Origin: Eledone cirrhosa
Lineage: Eukaryota
NCBI GenBank assembly: GCA_964016885.1
Contig: CAXHJY010001443.1
Span: 1-50,332, forward strand
Reading direction: 5' to 3'
DNA: 50,332 bases
Shown: one piece after another, positions 33,718 through 49,420 of the stretch
Layout of the letters: every line of letters begins with the position of its first letter
How positions within the stretch are numbered: position 1 is the first letter of the stretch
Made by a program: the position numbers and the translations under genes
Notes under the pieces: generated by a model
Databases searched by the model: none
Told to the model about the DNA's origin: nothing
Seen by the model: the letters and a program-made list of their open reading frames with translations, nothing else

Positions 33718-34885
33718 ACTTATTGACACTTATACGTACGACATACACACACACGCATACATATGCGTGCACACAGCAACACTCACACACACAACAAACA
33801 CACACAAAACACACACACACGCTACTCTACTCACTTACACGCACACACACACATATATATATATATATTACCGTCATTACTGATACAAGATTACCAGATT
33901 ATGTCAACTGTTGACTTTCAAGAGTTTGTATAGTTGAAGCCGATCGTATTACAGTCCAGTATTACTATAATTGCTTTACAGCATAGAGTTATGGCTCTCC
34001 ACGGAGTCAACAAAAGAGAGTACCAGTGATGCGCTGGCCAGTCGCTGGATCCGTGCCAAAAGCAGAAAAATTATTATTAAAGTTGTTCTTAAGGTCGCTG
34101 GTGGTGGTGATGGCGACGGCGGTGGCGGTGGTGGCAGTTGATGTTGTTGTTCTGTTGTGTGTGTGTGTGTGTGTTTTGTTATTTTGAGTTTTTCTTTTCC
34201 TTTCTTTTTTTCTCCCTTTTTTTTTTTTTTTTTTTTTTTTTCCCCTTCCCTTTTCTTTTTTCTTTTCCCTTCCTTTTTTTTTATGTTTTGATGCCGCTGT
34301 TGTTGTTGTTGTTGTAATTGTTGTAAATGTTCATTTCAGTTCATTCTGAAGCTGTTGTTGCTGTAAACATTAGTGCCGGTGTTGTTGTTGTTGTAGATGT
34401 TGGGGTTGAAATCTGGTTGTTTGACTGAGTGATGTATATACACACATATACATACACACACATATGAGTGATGTATATACACACATATACATACACACAC
34501 ATATATATATATACATTCATCAGAGAGTAGAGGGTTTGACAACAGGTCGATGACTTTAGTCTCGATAGGGTATGGTATGGTAATGACATGTGATGGTGGG
34601 GAGAGAGTGTAGACGTTATTGTGGTGGTGTGGACAGTGAGATGTATCTAGTTCATTTGACCGTTTTCTTCTCTTAGCAAAATTTGAATTCTAGCCATGTT
34701 ATATTGAGATGTAAGTAAATGTAAAATATAAATACATACATATATATATACATACATATATACATATATATATATACATACATATATACATTTATATACA
34801 TATATATATATACATACATATATATATATATACATATATATATACATACATATATATATACATACATATATATATATATACATAC

Positions 34886-34919
<34 letters not shown>

Positions 34920-35104
34920 ATACATACATACAAGTAAATGTAAAATATATATACATACATATATATATACATACATATATACATATATATATATACATAC
35001 ATATATACATTTATATACATATATATATATACATACATATATATATATATACATATATATATACATACATATATATATACATACATATATATATATATAC
35101 ATAC

Positions 35105-35138
<34 letters not shown>

Positions 35139-35146
35139 ATACATAC

Positions 35147-35180
<34 letters not shown>

Positions 35181-35188
35181 ATACATAC

Positions 35189-35222
<34 letters not shown>

Positions 35223-35287
35223 ATACATACATACATACATATATATACATATATATATATATACATACACACATACATATATATATA

Positions 35288-35898
35288 CATGGCGGCTGCC
35301 AACTCGTTTTCGAGTACGGCCACTACTTTATATCCATGTAGGAGAACCCCTACCGAGGCGCTGAACGAATGTGACTTTTTAGTCCAGCCAGCGACTTGAA
35401 AACTCTGGTAGAAACACTTCACTTGTGACAATTATTGACACATAGTGCTGGGCCGATGGTACCATGTGACGACAAGTGCAGAGAGATCTCCAGATATAAA
35501 GCAATGCCTGTGCCGTGAAGCTTTTATAGTGAGCAAAGGCACTGCACAAAGCCAGTCCCACTCTCTTAACCAAGATGATATTTACCAAAAAGAAGAACAA
35601 GTCAACATCATTGGATACCATCAGGGTTGCAGGTGTTATATCAGAGTTTTCCTTCTCCTAGAATTCTGCCTTGACAAAGGCTAAGGGGTCATCTCTCCCG
35701 GTGATTTTGGATGGCCATTGATTCTTAAGAGCTCCTCTGCCCTTTGACAGGTTTTGTTTTTAGTCCTGCAGGATGTCCAAAGTCACCGTCCTCACCAAGA
35801 AACCTTGGTGAGGTTGCCAGTTTAGTCGCCAACGACCCGACCATGAGACAGGTTGTACTGGGATACATGTTACCAGTAGCACCAACTGGTGACCTGAC
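35288..35898 (-). mobile_element. Bipartite non-autonomous RTE derivative (SINE-like), copy 1
   Basis: Three near-identical ~610-bp copies; middle aligns to RTE 5' UTR 33410-33630; 3' part encodes an RTE-type terminal zinc finger and the CTCG-AAAA-CGAG end. Confidence 0.88.
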
Positions 35899-35917
35899 AT
35901 ATATATATACATACATA

Positions 35918-35955
<38 letters not shown>

Positions 35956-35959
35956 CATA

Positions 35960-35999
<40 letters not shown>

Positions 36000-36043
36000 C
36001 ATACATATATACATACATATATACATACATACATATACATACA

Positions 36044-36083
<40 letters not shown>

Positions 36084-36394
36084 CATACATATATATATAC
36101 ATACATATATATATATACATACATATATATATACATACATATATATATATACATATATATATACATACATATATATATATACATACATATATAAATATAC
36201 ATACATATATATATATACATACATATATAAATATACATACATATATATATACATACATATATAAATATACATACATATATATATACATACATATATAAAT
36301 ATACATACATATATAAATATACATACATATATATATACATATATATATATACATATATACATATATATATATACATATATACATATATATATAC

Positions 36395-36497
<103 letters not shown>

Positions 36498-36877
36498 CAT
36501 ATATATACATACATATATATATATATATACATATATATACATACATATATACATATATATACATATATATATACATATATATATATACATACATACATAT
36601 ACATATATATATACATATATATATATACATACATACATATATATATATATACATACATACATATATATATATATACATACATACATATATATATACATAC
36701 ATATATATATATATATACATATTGTTATACTTTGGGAGGGTCATGTTGCCAATAAGAAACACACGCACCAGTTGCTTTCACTTCAATTTAATTTAATATA
36801 TATTTATAAATTTACAAATTTATAAATTTCTGGTTGGTTGGTTGGTTCCACAACCAGATAGTTGTTTACATATATAT

Positions 36878-36922
36878 AGTCATAGTTCTTTCGTCACACA
36901 CTCTGTGACCTCTTCAGTGACT
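36878..36922 (-). ncRNA. Minimal type I hammerhead, family E (mirror copy)
   Basis: Reverse complement of 37030-37074. Confidence 0.78.
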
Positions 36923-37029
36923 GGGGATTTCTTTCTTCGTTTCTGTGCCTTTCCTTTCTTCTATCCTACGCCATTTTTTGGCGTAGGATAGAAGAAAGGA
37001 AAGGCACAGAAACGAAGAAAGAAATCCCC

Positions 37030-37074
37030 AGTCACTGAAGAGGTCACAGAGTGTGTGACGAAAGAACTATGACT
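37030..37074 (+). ncRNA. Minimal type I hammerhead, family E
   Basis: AGTCA-CTGAAGA-G-GTCACA-GAGTG-TGTGAC-GAAA-GAAC-TA-TGACT. Confidence 0.8.
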
Positions 37075-37485
37075 ATATATATGTAAACAACTATCTGGTT
37101 GTGGAACCAACCAACCAACCAGAAATTTATAAATTTGTAAATTTATAAATATATATTAAATTAAATTGAAGTGAAAGCAACTGGTGCGTGTGTTTCTTAT
37201 TGGCAACATGACCCTCCCAAAGTATAACAATATCGGTTTCAACACACGATTTCAGATAAAGAATCTTGCTAAACAAATTCAGAAACGAAATATATATACA
37301 TACATATATATATATATATACATACATATATATATATATATACATACATATATATATATATATACATACATATATATATATATATACATACATATATATA
37401 TATATATACATACATATATATATATATATATACATACATATATATATATATATACATACATATATATATATATATACATACATAC

Positions 37486-37516
<31 letters not shown>

Positions 37517-37625
37517 CATACATATATATATATATATACATACATACATATATATATATACATACATATATATATATATACATACATATATATATATATA
37601 TACATACATATATATATATACATAC

Positions 37626-37660
<35 letters not shown>

Positions 37661-37730
37661 CATACATACATATATATATATACAATAAATAAATAACAAA
37701 GAACGCTTATAGCATATGCATATCTTTACT

Positions 37731-37777
37731 TGCTAACATTGTTTCATCCGCACTATAAGTGGGACTCATCAGAGTCA
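37731..37777 (-). ncRNA. Minimal type I hammerhead, family F (stem I with 1-nt bulge), in island 37684-37883
   Basis: TGACT-CTGATGA-GTCC-CACT-TAT-AGTG-C-GGAT-GAAAC-AAT-GTT-AGCA. Confidence 0.68.
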
Positions 37778-37891
37778 TTATTATATTATTATATTACGGC
37801 TCTGTCCTTACATTGAGCTAACCTCATACTGCCTGCTGGATAAGTGGAGTGTTATACACCCCTGATCCTTTCCCTAGCATACTATATATAT

Positions 37892-37924
<33 letters not shown>

Positions 37925-38100
37925 CATACATATATATATATATATACATACATACATATATATATATATACATACATATATATATATATATACATACATA
38001 CATACATATATATATATATACATACATACATATATATATATATATACATACATACATATATATATATACATACATACATACATATATATATACATACATA

Positions 38101-38711
38101 CATGGTGGCTGCCAACTCGTTTTCGAGTACGGCCACTACTTTATATCCATGTAGGAGAACCCCTACCGATGCGCTGAACGACTGTGACTTTTTAGTCCAG
38201 CCAGCGACTTGAAAACTCTGGTACAAACACTACACTTGTGACAATTATTGACACATAGTGCTGGGCCCATGGTACCATGTGACGACAAGTGCAGAGAGAT
38301 CTCCAGATATAAAGCAATGCCTGTGCCGTGAAGCTTTTATAGTGAGCAAAGGCACTGCACAAAGCCAGTCCCACTCTCTTAACCAAGATGATATTTACCA
38401 AAAAGAAGAACAAGTCAACATCATTGGATACCATCAGGGTTGCAGGTGTTATATCAGAGTTTTCCTTCTCCTAGAATTCTGCCTTGACAAAGGCTAAGGG
38501 GTCATCTCTCCCGGTGATTTTGGATGGCCATTGACTCTTAAGAGCTCCTTTGCCCTTTGACAGGTTTTGTTTTTAGTCCTGCAGGATGTCCAAAGTCACC
38601 CTCCTCACCAAGAAACCTTGGTGGGGTTGCCAGTTTAGTCGCCAACGACCCGACCATGAGACAGGTTGTACTGGGATACATGTTACCAGTAGCACCAACT
38701 GGTGACCTGAC
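38101..38711 (-). mobile_element. Bipartite non-autonomous RTE derivative, copy 2
   Basis: As copy 1; minus strand reads [26 protein letters not shown] near the 3' end. Confidence 0.88.
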
Positions 38712-38747
38712 ATAATACATATATATATACATACATACATATATATA

Positions 38748-38813
<66 letters not shown>

Positions 38814-39541
38814 CATACATATATATATATATATACATACATATATATATATATATACAGACATACATATATATATATATATATATATACATACATATAT
38901 ATATACATATATATATACACATATATATACATATATATATATATACATGTATATATACATATATATATACACATATATATACATGTATATATACATATAT
39001 ATATACACATATATACATACATATATATATACATATATATATACATATATATACATACATATATATATACATATATATATACATATATATACATATATAT
39101 ATACATATATATATATACATACATATATATATACATATATATACATACATATATATACATATATATATAGATACATACATACATATATATACATATATAT
39201 ATAGATACATACATATATATATATATATATATAGATACATACATACATATATATACATATAGATACATACATACATATATATACATATATATATACATAT
39301 ATATACATATATATACATATATATACATATATATACATACATACATATATATATATACATATATATATATATACATACATATATATATATACATATATAT
39401 ATATATACATACATACATATATATACATATATATACATACATATATATACATATATATACATACATACATATATATACATACATACTATATATATATACA
39501 TATATATATACATATATATATATATACATATATATATATAC

Positions 39542-39572
<31 letters not shown>

Positions 39573-39590
39573 CATACATATATATATATA

Positions 39591-40845
39591 CACTGATGTT
39601 ATCTACCTTGATTTCAGCAAGGCCTTTGACAGGGTTGATCATAACATTCTACTGAGAAAGCTGTCCAATATTGGTGTCACTGGAAAGCTGCTGCAGTGGA
39701 TCAAGAGCTTCCTGTCAAACAGAACCCAACATGTTGTAGTTGAGGGAGTCAAATCAAGCCCAGCCAAAGTCAGTAGTGGAGTCCCACAAGGCACTGTGTT
39801 GGGCCCACTTCTCTTCATCATCTATATTAATGACATCACTGACATCATCAAACACAGCAACATTAAAATTTTCGCTGATGATTCCAAGCTCCAAAAGGTC
39901 ATCAATGGCGTGGATGACCGGATAAGCCTTCAGTCAGACCTACTGGCTGTTACCCAATGGGCAGAAAAGAACAACATGTTACTGAACGAAGACAAATTCG
40001 AACTGATCCACTTTGGAAAAGAGGATGCTCTGAAACTCCCGTACTCCCTTCCCTCCGGGGAAACTCTCGTGGCATCTAACAACATCAGAGACTTGGGAGT
40101 AACCGTGGACAGCAACATAAGCTGGACCACGCATATAAGCAGCAAAGTTGACATGGCCCGCAGAATGTGTTCCTGGATCCTCAGAACCTTCCAGTCGAGA
40201 GATTCCCGCACCATTATCCTTCTCTTCTCTACTTTCGCCCGACCACACCTTGAATACTGTTGTCCACTGTGGTCTCCCCACACGAAACAAAGTATCATGA
40301 AACTTGAAGCTCCTTAAAGGGCAATCACGAAAAAGATAGATGGCATGTCAGACCTTGACTACTGGGGTCGATTGGAAAACCTGAAACTTTACTCACTCCA
40401 ACGTCGCCGTGAGCGTTATATTATCTGCATGATGTGGAAAATGTTCCATCATCACTGCCCAAATGATGTTGGCATCGCCTTCAAGATACACCCAAGGCTT
40501 GGGCCCCGTGCTATCCGTCCCATTCAAAAATCTAAATCGCAACTCATAACAACAATACGGCACAATTATTTCACCTCAATCGGCCCTGCTCTCTTCAACA
40601 TCACACCAGGACACGTCAAAACAGAAACTGACCACACAAAATTCAAGAAGTCTTTGGACAAATTCCTCCAAGTAATCCCGGACAAACCACCCACACCCGG
40701 ATATGTCTCCGCAAACAGTAATTCTCTTCTCGAATGGGCCATGGTGCCCAAATTCTGAATTGAAAGACTTCGCCAGGTGGTGCTATTAAGTTAGACATGG
40801 CCTGGGCCAATACTGGCCAAAACATTTCAAAGTTATTCAAAGTTA
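39591..40845 (+). mobile_element. 5'-truncated CR1-group LINE (second family); RT C-terminal half 39593-40758 with in-frame TAA at 40315-40317
   Basis: [48 protein letters not shown]; tail (TTCAAAGTTA)2. Confidence 0.92.
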
Positions 40846-40926
40846 CATACATACATATATAATTACATATATATATATATACATACATATATATACATAT
40901 ATATATACATACATATATATATATAT

Positions 40927-40959
<33 letters not shown>

Positions 40960-40984
40960 CATACATATATATATATATACATAC

Positions 40985-41033
<49 letters not shown>

Positions 41034-41332
41034 CATATATATATAAATACATATATATATATATACATACATATATATATATATATATACATACATATAT
41101 ATATACATATATATATACATATATATATAAATATACATATATATATAAATACATATATATATACATATATATATAAATATACATATATATATAAATACAT
41201 ATATATATATATATACATACATAGATATATACATATATATATATACATACATATATATATACATATATATATATACATACATATATATATACATACATAC
41301 ATACATATATATATACATACATTCATACATAC

Positions 41333-41363
<31 letters not shown>

Positions 41364-41456
41364 CATACATATATACATATATATATATACATACATATAT
41401 ATATACATATATATATATACATACATATATATATACATACATACATACATATATAT

Positions 41457-41489
<33 letters not shown>

Positions 41490-41546
41490 TACATATATAT
41501 ATACATACATACATACATACATATATATACATATATATATATATAT

Positions 41547-41577
<31 letters not shown>

Positions 41578-41654
41578 CATACATATATATATATACATAT
41601 ATACATACATATATATATATATATACATACATATATATATATATATATACATAC

Positions 41655-41687
<33 letters not shown>

Positions 41688-41890
41688 CATACATATATAT
41701 ATATATACATACATATATATATATATATATACATACATATATATATATATATATACATACATATATATATATATACATACATATATATATATATATACAT
41801 ACATATATATATATATACATACATATATATATATATATACATACATATATATATATATATATACATACATATATATATATATATACATAC

Positions 41891-41945
<55 letters not shown>

Positions 41946-42037
41946 CATACATATATATATATATACATACATATATATATATACATACATATATATATAA
42001 TATATATATACATAGATATATATATATATATACATAC

Positions 42038-42120
<83 letters not shown>

Positions 42121-42137
42121 CATATATATATATATAT

Positions 42138-42185
<48 letters not shown>

Positions 42186-42246
42186 ATATATATATATATA
42201 TATATTTATACACATACATATATATATATATATATACACATACATA

Positions 42247-42379
<133 letters not shown>

Positions 42380-42390
42380 GTATACATACA

Positions 42391-42483
<93 letters not shown>

Positions 42484-42527
42484 GTATACATACATATATA
42501 TATATATATACATATATATATACATAC

Positions 42528-42576
<49 letters not shown>

Positions 42577-42578
42577 CA

Positions 42579-42611
<33 letters not shown>

Positions 42612-42661
42612 GTATACATACATATATATATGTATACATACATATATATATGTATACATAC

Positions 42662-42693
<32 letters not shown>

Positions 42694-42723
42694 GTATACA
42701 TATATATATATATGTATACATAC

Positions 42724-42773
<50 letters not shown>

Positions 42774-42803
42774 GTATACATATATATATATATGTATACA
42801 TAC

Positions 42804-42898
<95 letters not shown>

Positions 42899-42899
42899 C

Positions 42900-42930
<31 letters not shown>

Positions 42931-42945
42931 CATACATATATATAT

Positions 42946-42984
<39 letters not shown>

Positions 42985-43100
42985 CATACATACATATATA
43001 TATATATACATACATATATATATATATATATACACATACATACATATATATATATATACTCATACATACATATATATATATATATATAATATATATATAT

Positions 43101-43141
<41 letters not shown>

Positions 43142-43156
43142 CATATATATATATAT

Positions 43157-43203
<47 letters not shown>

Positions 43204-43208
43204 CATAC

Positions 43209-43265
<57 letters not shown>

Positions 43266-43270
43266 CATAC

Positions 43271-43417
<147 letters not shown>

Positions 43418-43461
43418 CATATATATACCTACATACATATATATATATATATACATACATA

Positions 43462-43493
<32 letters not shown>

Positions 43494-43494
43494 C

Positions 43495-43549
<55 letters not shown>

Positions 43550-43593
43550 CATATATATACATACATACATATATATATATATATACATACATA

Positions 43594-43625
<32 letters not shown>

Positions 43626-43648
43626 CATATATATATATATATACATAC

Positions 43649-43743
<95 letters not shown>

Positions 43744-43748
43744 CATAC

Positions 43749-43834
<86 letters not shown>

Positions 43835-43901
43835 TATATATATATACATACATATATATATATATATATACATACATATATATATATATATATATACATA
43901 C

Positions 43902-43938
<37 letters not shown>

Positions 43939-44009
43939 CATACATATATATATATATATACATACATATATATATATATATACATACATATATATATATA
44001 TATACATAC

Positions 44010-44040
<31 letters not shown>

Positions 44041-44140
44041 ATATATATATACATACATATATATATATATATACATACATATATATATATACATACATAT
44101 ATATATATATATACATACATATATATATATATATACATAC

Positions 44141-44176
<36 letters not shown>

Positions 44177-44249
44177 TATATACATACATATATATATATA
44201 TATACATACATATATATATATATATACATACATATATATATATACATAC

Positions 44250-44302
<53 letters not shown>

Positions 44303-44311
44303 CATATATAT

Positions 44312-44919
44312 ATGGTGGCTGCCAACTCGTTTTCGAGTACGGCCACTACTTTATATCCATGTAGGAGAACCCCTACTGATGCGCTGAACGAGTGTGACTT
44401 TTTAGTCCAGCCAGCGACTTGAAAGCTCTGGTACAAACACTACACTTGTGACAATTATTGACACATAGTGCTGGGCCCATGGTACCATGTGACGACAAAT
44501 GCAGAGAGATCTCCAGATATAAAGCAATGCCTGTGCCGTGAAGCTTTTATAGTGAGCAAGGCACTGCACAAAGCCAGTCCCACTCTCTTAACCAAGATGA
44601 TATTTACCAAAAAGAAGAACAAGTCAACATCATTGGATACCATCAGGGTTGCAGGTGTTATATCAGAGTTTTCCTTCTCCTAGAATTCTGCCTTGACAAA
44701 GGCTAAGGGGTCATCTCTCCCGGTGATTTTGGATGGCCATTGACTCTTAAGAGCTCCTTTGCCTTTTGACAGGTTTATTTTTAGTCCTGCAGGATGTCCA
44801 AAGTCACCCTCCTCACCAAGAAACCTTGGTGGGGTTGCCAGTTTAGTCGCCAACGACCCGACCATGGGACAGGTTGTACTGGAATACATGTTACCAGTAG
44901 CACCAACTGGTGACCTGAC
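44312..44919 (-). mobile_element. Bipartite non-autonomous RTE derivative, copy 3
   Basis: As copies 1-2, same termini. Confidence 0.88.
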
Positions 44920-44973
<54 letters not shown>

Positions 44974-44983
44974 GTATGTATAC

Positions 44984-45069
<86 letters not shown>

Positions 45070-45080
45070 GGATGTATACA

Positions 45081-45121
<41 letters not shown>

Positions 45122-45145
45122 CTATGTATATATATATATATCTAT

Positions 45146-45187
<42 letters not shown>

Positions 45188-45261
45188 CTATGTATATATA
45201 TATATATATATGTATGTATACATATATATATCTATGTATATATATATATATATATGTATGT

Positions 45262-45304
<43 letters not shown>

Positions 45305-45319
45305 CATATATATATATAT

Positions 45320-45374
<55 letters not shown>

Positions 45375-45407
45375 CATACATATATATATATATATATGTA
45401 TACATAC

Positions 45408-45490
<83 letters not shown>

Positions 45491-45541
45491 CATATATATA
45501 TATATATGTATACATACATATATATATATATATATACATAG

Positions 45542-45583
<42 letters not shown>

Positions 45584-45590
45584 ATAGATA

Positions 45591-45634
<44 letters not shown>

Positions 45635-45641
45635 ACATACA

Positions 45642-45697
<56 letters not shown>

Positions 45698-45709
45698 AAT
45701 ATATACATA

Positions 45710-45750
<41 letters not shown>

Positions 45751-45760
45751 GTATACATAC

Positions 45761-45807
<47 letters not shown>

Positions 45808-45829
45808 CATATATATATAATATATATAC

Positions 45830-45931
<102 letters not shown>

Positions 45932-45941
45932 GTATACATAC

Positions 45942-46046
<105 letters not shown>

Positions 46047-46055
46047 TATATATAC

Positions 46056-46090
<35 letters not shown>

Positions 46091-46115
46091 CATATATATA
46101 TACATATATATATAC

Positions 46116-46150
<35 letters not shown>

Positions 46151-46175
46151 CATATATATATGTATATGTATATAT

Positions 46176-46227
<52 letters not shown>

Positions 46228-46287
46228 GTATATGTATATATATGTATATATGTATATATATATATATATATATATGTATATGTATAC

Positions 46288-46319
<32 letters not shown>

Positions 46320-46330
46320 TATACATATAC

Positions 46331-46370
<40 letters not shown>

Positions 46371-46385
46371 TATATATACATATAC

Positions 46386-46439
<54 letters not shown>

Positions 46440-46455
46440 ATATATACATATACAT

Positions 46456-46622
<167 letters not shown>

Positions 46623-46648
46623 TATACTATATATATATATATATATAT

Positions 46649-46723
<75 letters not shown>

Positions 46724-46728
46724 CATAC

Positions 46729-46759
<31 letters not shown>

Positions 46760-46777
46760 CATACATATATATTATAC

Positions 46778-47068
<291 letters not shown>

Positions 47069-47220
47069 CATACATATATATTATATACATACATATATAT
47101 ATATATATACATACATATATATATATATATACATACATACATATATATATATATACATACATACATACATATATATATATATACATACATATATATATAT
47201 ATACATACATATATATATAT

Positions 47221-47265
<45 letters not shown>

Positions 47266-47609
47266 CATATATATATGTATACATATATATATATATGTAT
47301 ACATACATACATACATACATATATATATATACATACATTTATACATACATACCGGAACATATTGAAAGATTTGTAATCAAACAACAAACGCATTATATGA
47401 ACATAAAATTAATCCTTACACACACACACACACACACACACACGTGTGTGTGTGTGTGTGTACATGATTTACGCAGAAAATAAACAGTATTATGATAGAT
47501 GTAAACATATGGTTAGTTGTATTGAACAGTAAATAAACTATGGATCTGTCAAACACGCTAATCACTTTCGAATCTCGGTCGAGGTAGCTTCAATATTATT
47601 TGTTCTATC

Positions 47610-47799
47610 AAGGGCGGTGAATTGGCAGTATCGGTAGAGGGTCGGACATGCTTTCCAGCATAGTTACGTACCTTTACGATCTGAGTTCAAATCCCGCCGA
47701 GGTTAACTTTGCCTTTCATCCTTACGGGGTCGATAAAATAAAGTACCAGTAATGCAATGGTTAATTGCTGGCCTTGTACCAAAAGTAGAAACAATTATT
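47610..47799 (+). mobile_element. tRNA-derived SINE with Meta-type central domain
   Basis: A-box-like TGGCAGTATCGG, B-box GAGTTCAAATCC, GCCTTTCATCCTTACGGGGTCGATAAAATAAAGTACCAG (recalled Meta-SINE-like domain). Confidence 0.7.
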
Positions 47800-47940
47800 G
47801 ATAAAATAAAGTTAAAGTCACATAGTCTTACATCTATCCCTTGTAACTGTGTGAGTGTACGATTTCACAGCTTTAGCATCACTCCTTCATTGTCAACCTA
47901 TGAACATTTCAGCCCACTCTCGTATGTGTGTGTGTGTGTG

Positions 47941-48207
47941 GTGGAGGCACGTGGCCTAGGGGTAAGGGTGTTGGACTTATGATCACAATGTCGATTCCTG
48001 GGCTGGGTTGTGCAAAACACTTCATTTCATGTTGCTCCAGTATACTCAGCTGAAAATGAGTACCAGCAATAGCAGGGGGTTTAACCCTGCGATGGATTTG
48101 CGTCCTGTCCAGGGGGAAGTCTTGTAATCTCAGACGCATCACGCCATGAAATCGGGATAAGCACCGGCCAAATGAGCCTTCTGGCTTAAAACAGACTTTA
48201 GACTTTA
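47941..48207 (+). mobile_element. tRNA-derived SINE (CORE/V-like body), degenerate
   Basis: A-box TGGCCTAGGGG, decayed B-box TCGATTCC, CCCTGCGATGGA..CGTCCTGTCCAGGGG, tandem tail (GACTTTA)2. Confidence 0.6.
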
Positions 48208-48602
48208 TATATTGTTCTGGGTATGACATTAAACTATGATATATATACATTGTCTATTATTTCCTCGTATTTTTAATTATATATATATATATATATTATA
48301 TAATAGAGAAAGAAGGTCAAACACGGACAGAGATATGAACTCTCCTCTCTATATGTGTATGTAAAACCTAATAACTTTTCTTCCCCTTTTGATTATTTGT
48401 ATAAATATGCAACATATCCGCAGTTGAAAAAGCATATAATGCTGAAACCGGTACCATTATTAATGGCGGAAATATCCACTTTATAAATATGTTTTGATAT
48501 TATATTGAAAGAATCTCTTCAGCATTTTCTACTGAAAATTTATTTTTCCTCTCTACTATTTGTTTTATATATATATCAACTCGTGTGTTACCCTCCTACA
48601 TT

Positions 48603-48641
<39 letters not shown>

Positions 48642-48678
48642 AAGCGGGCGTTATAATAAGCGTCATAACTCACTCGAT

Positions 48679-48686
48679 ATGCAAAT
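48679..48686 (+). promoter_or_regulatory. Octamer motif ATGCAAAT in the retrozyme-like unit
   Basis: Exact match; function inferred only. Confidence 0.4.
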
Positions 48687-48760
48687 TAGGCTGCTCAGCC
48701 GTTAATTTTCATAAGGAAAGTATATACTTTCAAACGTTCAACCATCTGGCAGAAGGGTAT

Positions 48761-48803
48761 ACGGTGCTGATGATAGCTAACAAGCTTGAAACTAGTACAT
48801 CGT
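48761..48803 (+). ncRNA. Minimal type I hammerhead, family G
   Basis: ACGGTG-CTGATGA-T-AGCT-AACA-AGCT-T-GAAAC-TA-GTA-CATCGT; palindromic stem III ACTAGT. Confidence 0.8.
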
Positions 48804-48954
48804 TCCTGTGTCAGTGTTGAACAAAAAGGTGACGTGGTTGCCTTAACACCGTACGGCATAAATTCAGGCTGTTCAGTTTGTTTACAAACGAACAAAGCGG
48901 GCGTTATAATAAGCGTCCGCTAAACTGATACGTACATATATGTATGTGTACCTG

Positions 48955-49010
<56 letters not shown>

Positions 49011-49123
49011 TGCTACTGTACGTCTGTATACATATATGTATGTACGTATACATACATACTTACATTTAAGTAAGTGCCGTACTAAGAGTGAGAAATGAAA
49101 TTTCATTTTCATTTTTATTACAA

Positions 49124-49172
<49 letters not shown>

Positions 49173-49420
49173 ATAATAATAAATTTGAAGACTAAAATCC
49201 AAAGGGGGCTCGATAAGGATAAATATATATCAAATATATAAGAACCATAGAGCAAATATTTATTAAAATAACAGATTAAAGTTTAAGCAAAGAATCCCTT
49301 CTTTCACCCTTAACGGGATCTTCTGAAACTAACAAAGTCAATCTGTAAACGCAGAAGTGGATATTTCAAAAAACGTTGCAACCGGAGGAAGACAGGAAGA
49401 CGATACTTTGGTTCGTGAAA

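Larger units (their letters stand above)
36719..37290. mobile_element. PLE-type hairpin island: perfect 255-bp inverted arms (36719-36973/36979-37233, 5-nt loop), right arm extended to 37290
   Basis: cctacgcca-ttttt-tggcgtagg centre; hammerhead in each arm; microsatellite flanks. Confidence 0.8.
48639..48917 (+). mobile_element. Non-LTR retrozyme-like unit: 253-nt monomer plus 26-nt terminal redundancy
   Basis: ACAAAGCGGGCGTTATAATAAGCGTC at 48639-48664 and 48892-48917; internal hammerhead; next to (TA)n. Confidence 0.72.

Noticed and set aside
33870-34730. Possible host exon or element in the unique stretch after the RTE
   Set aside because: Mostly simple repeats with no recognisable ORF, splice pair or fold; left unassigned
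47610-48010. tRNA genes
   Set aside because: Only A/B-box-like SINE heads; no complete cloverleaf
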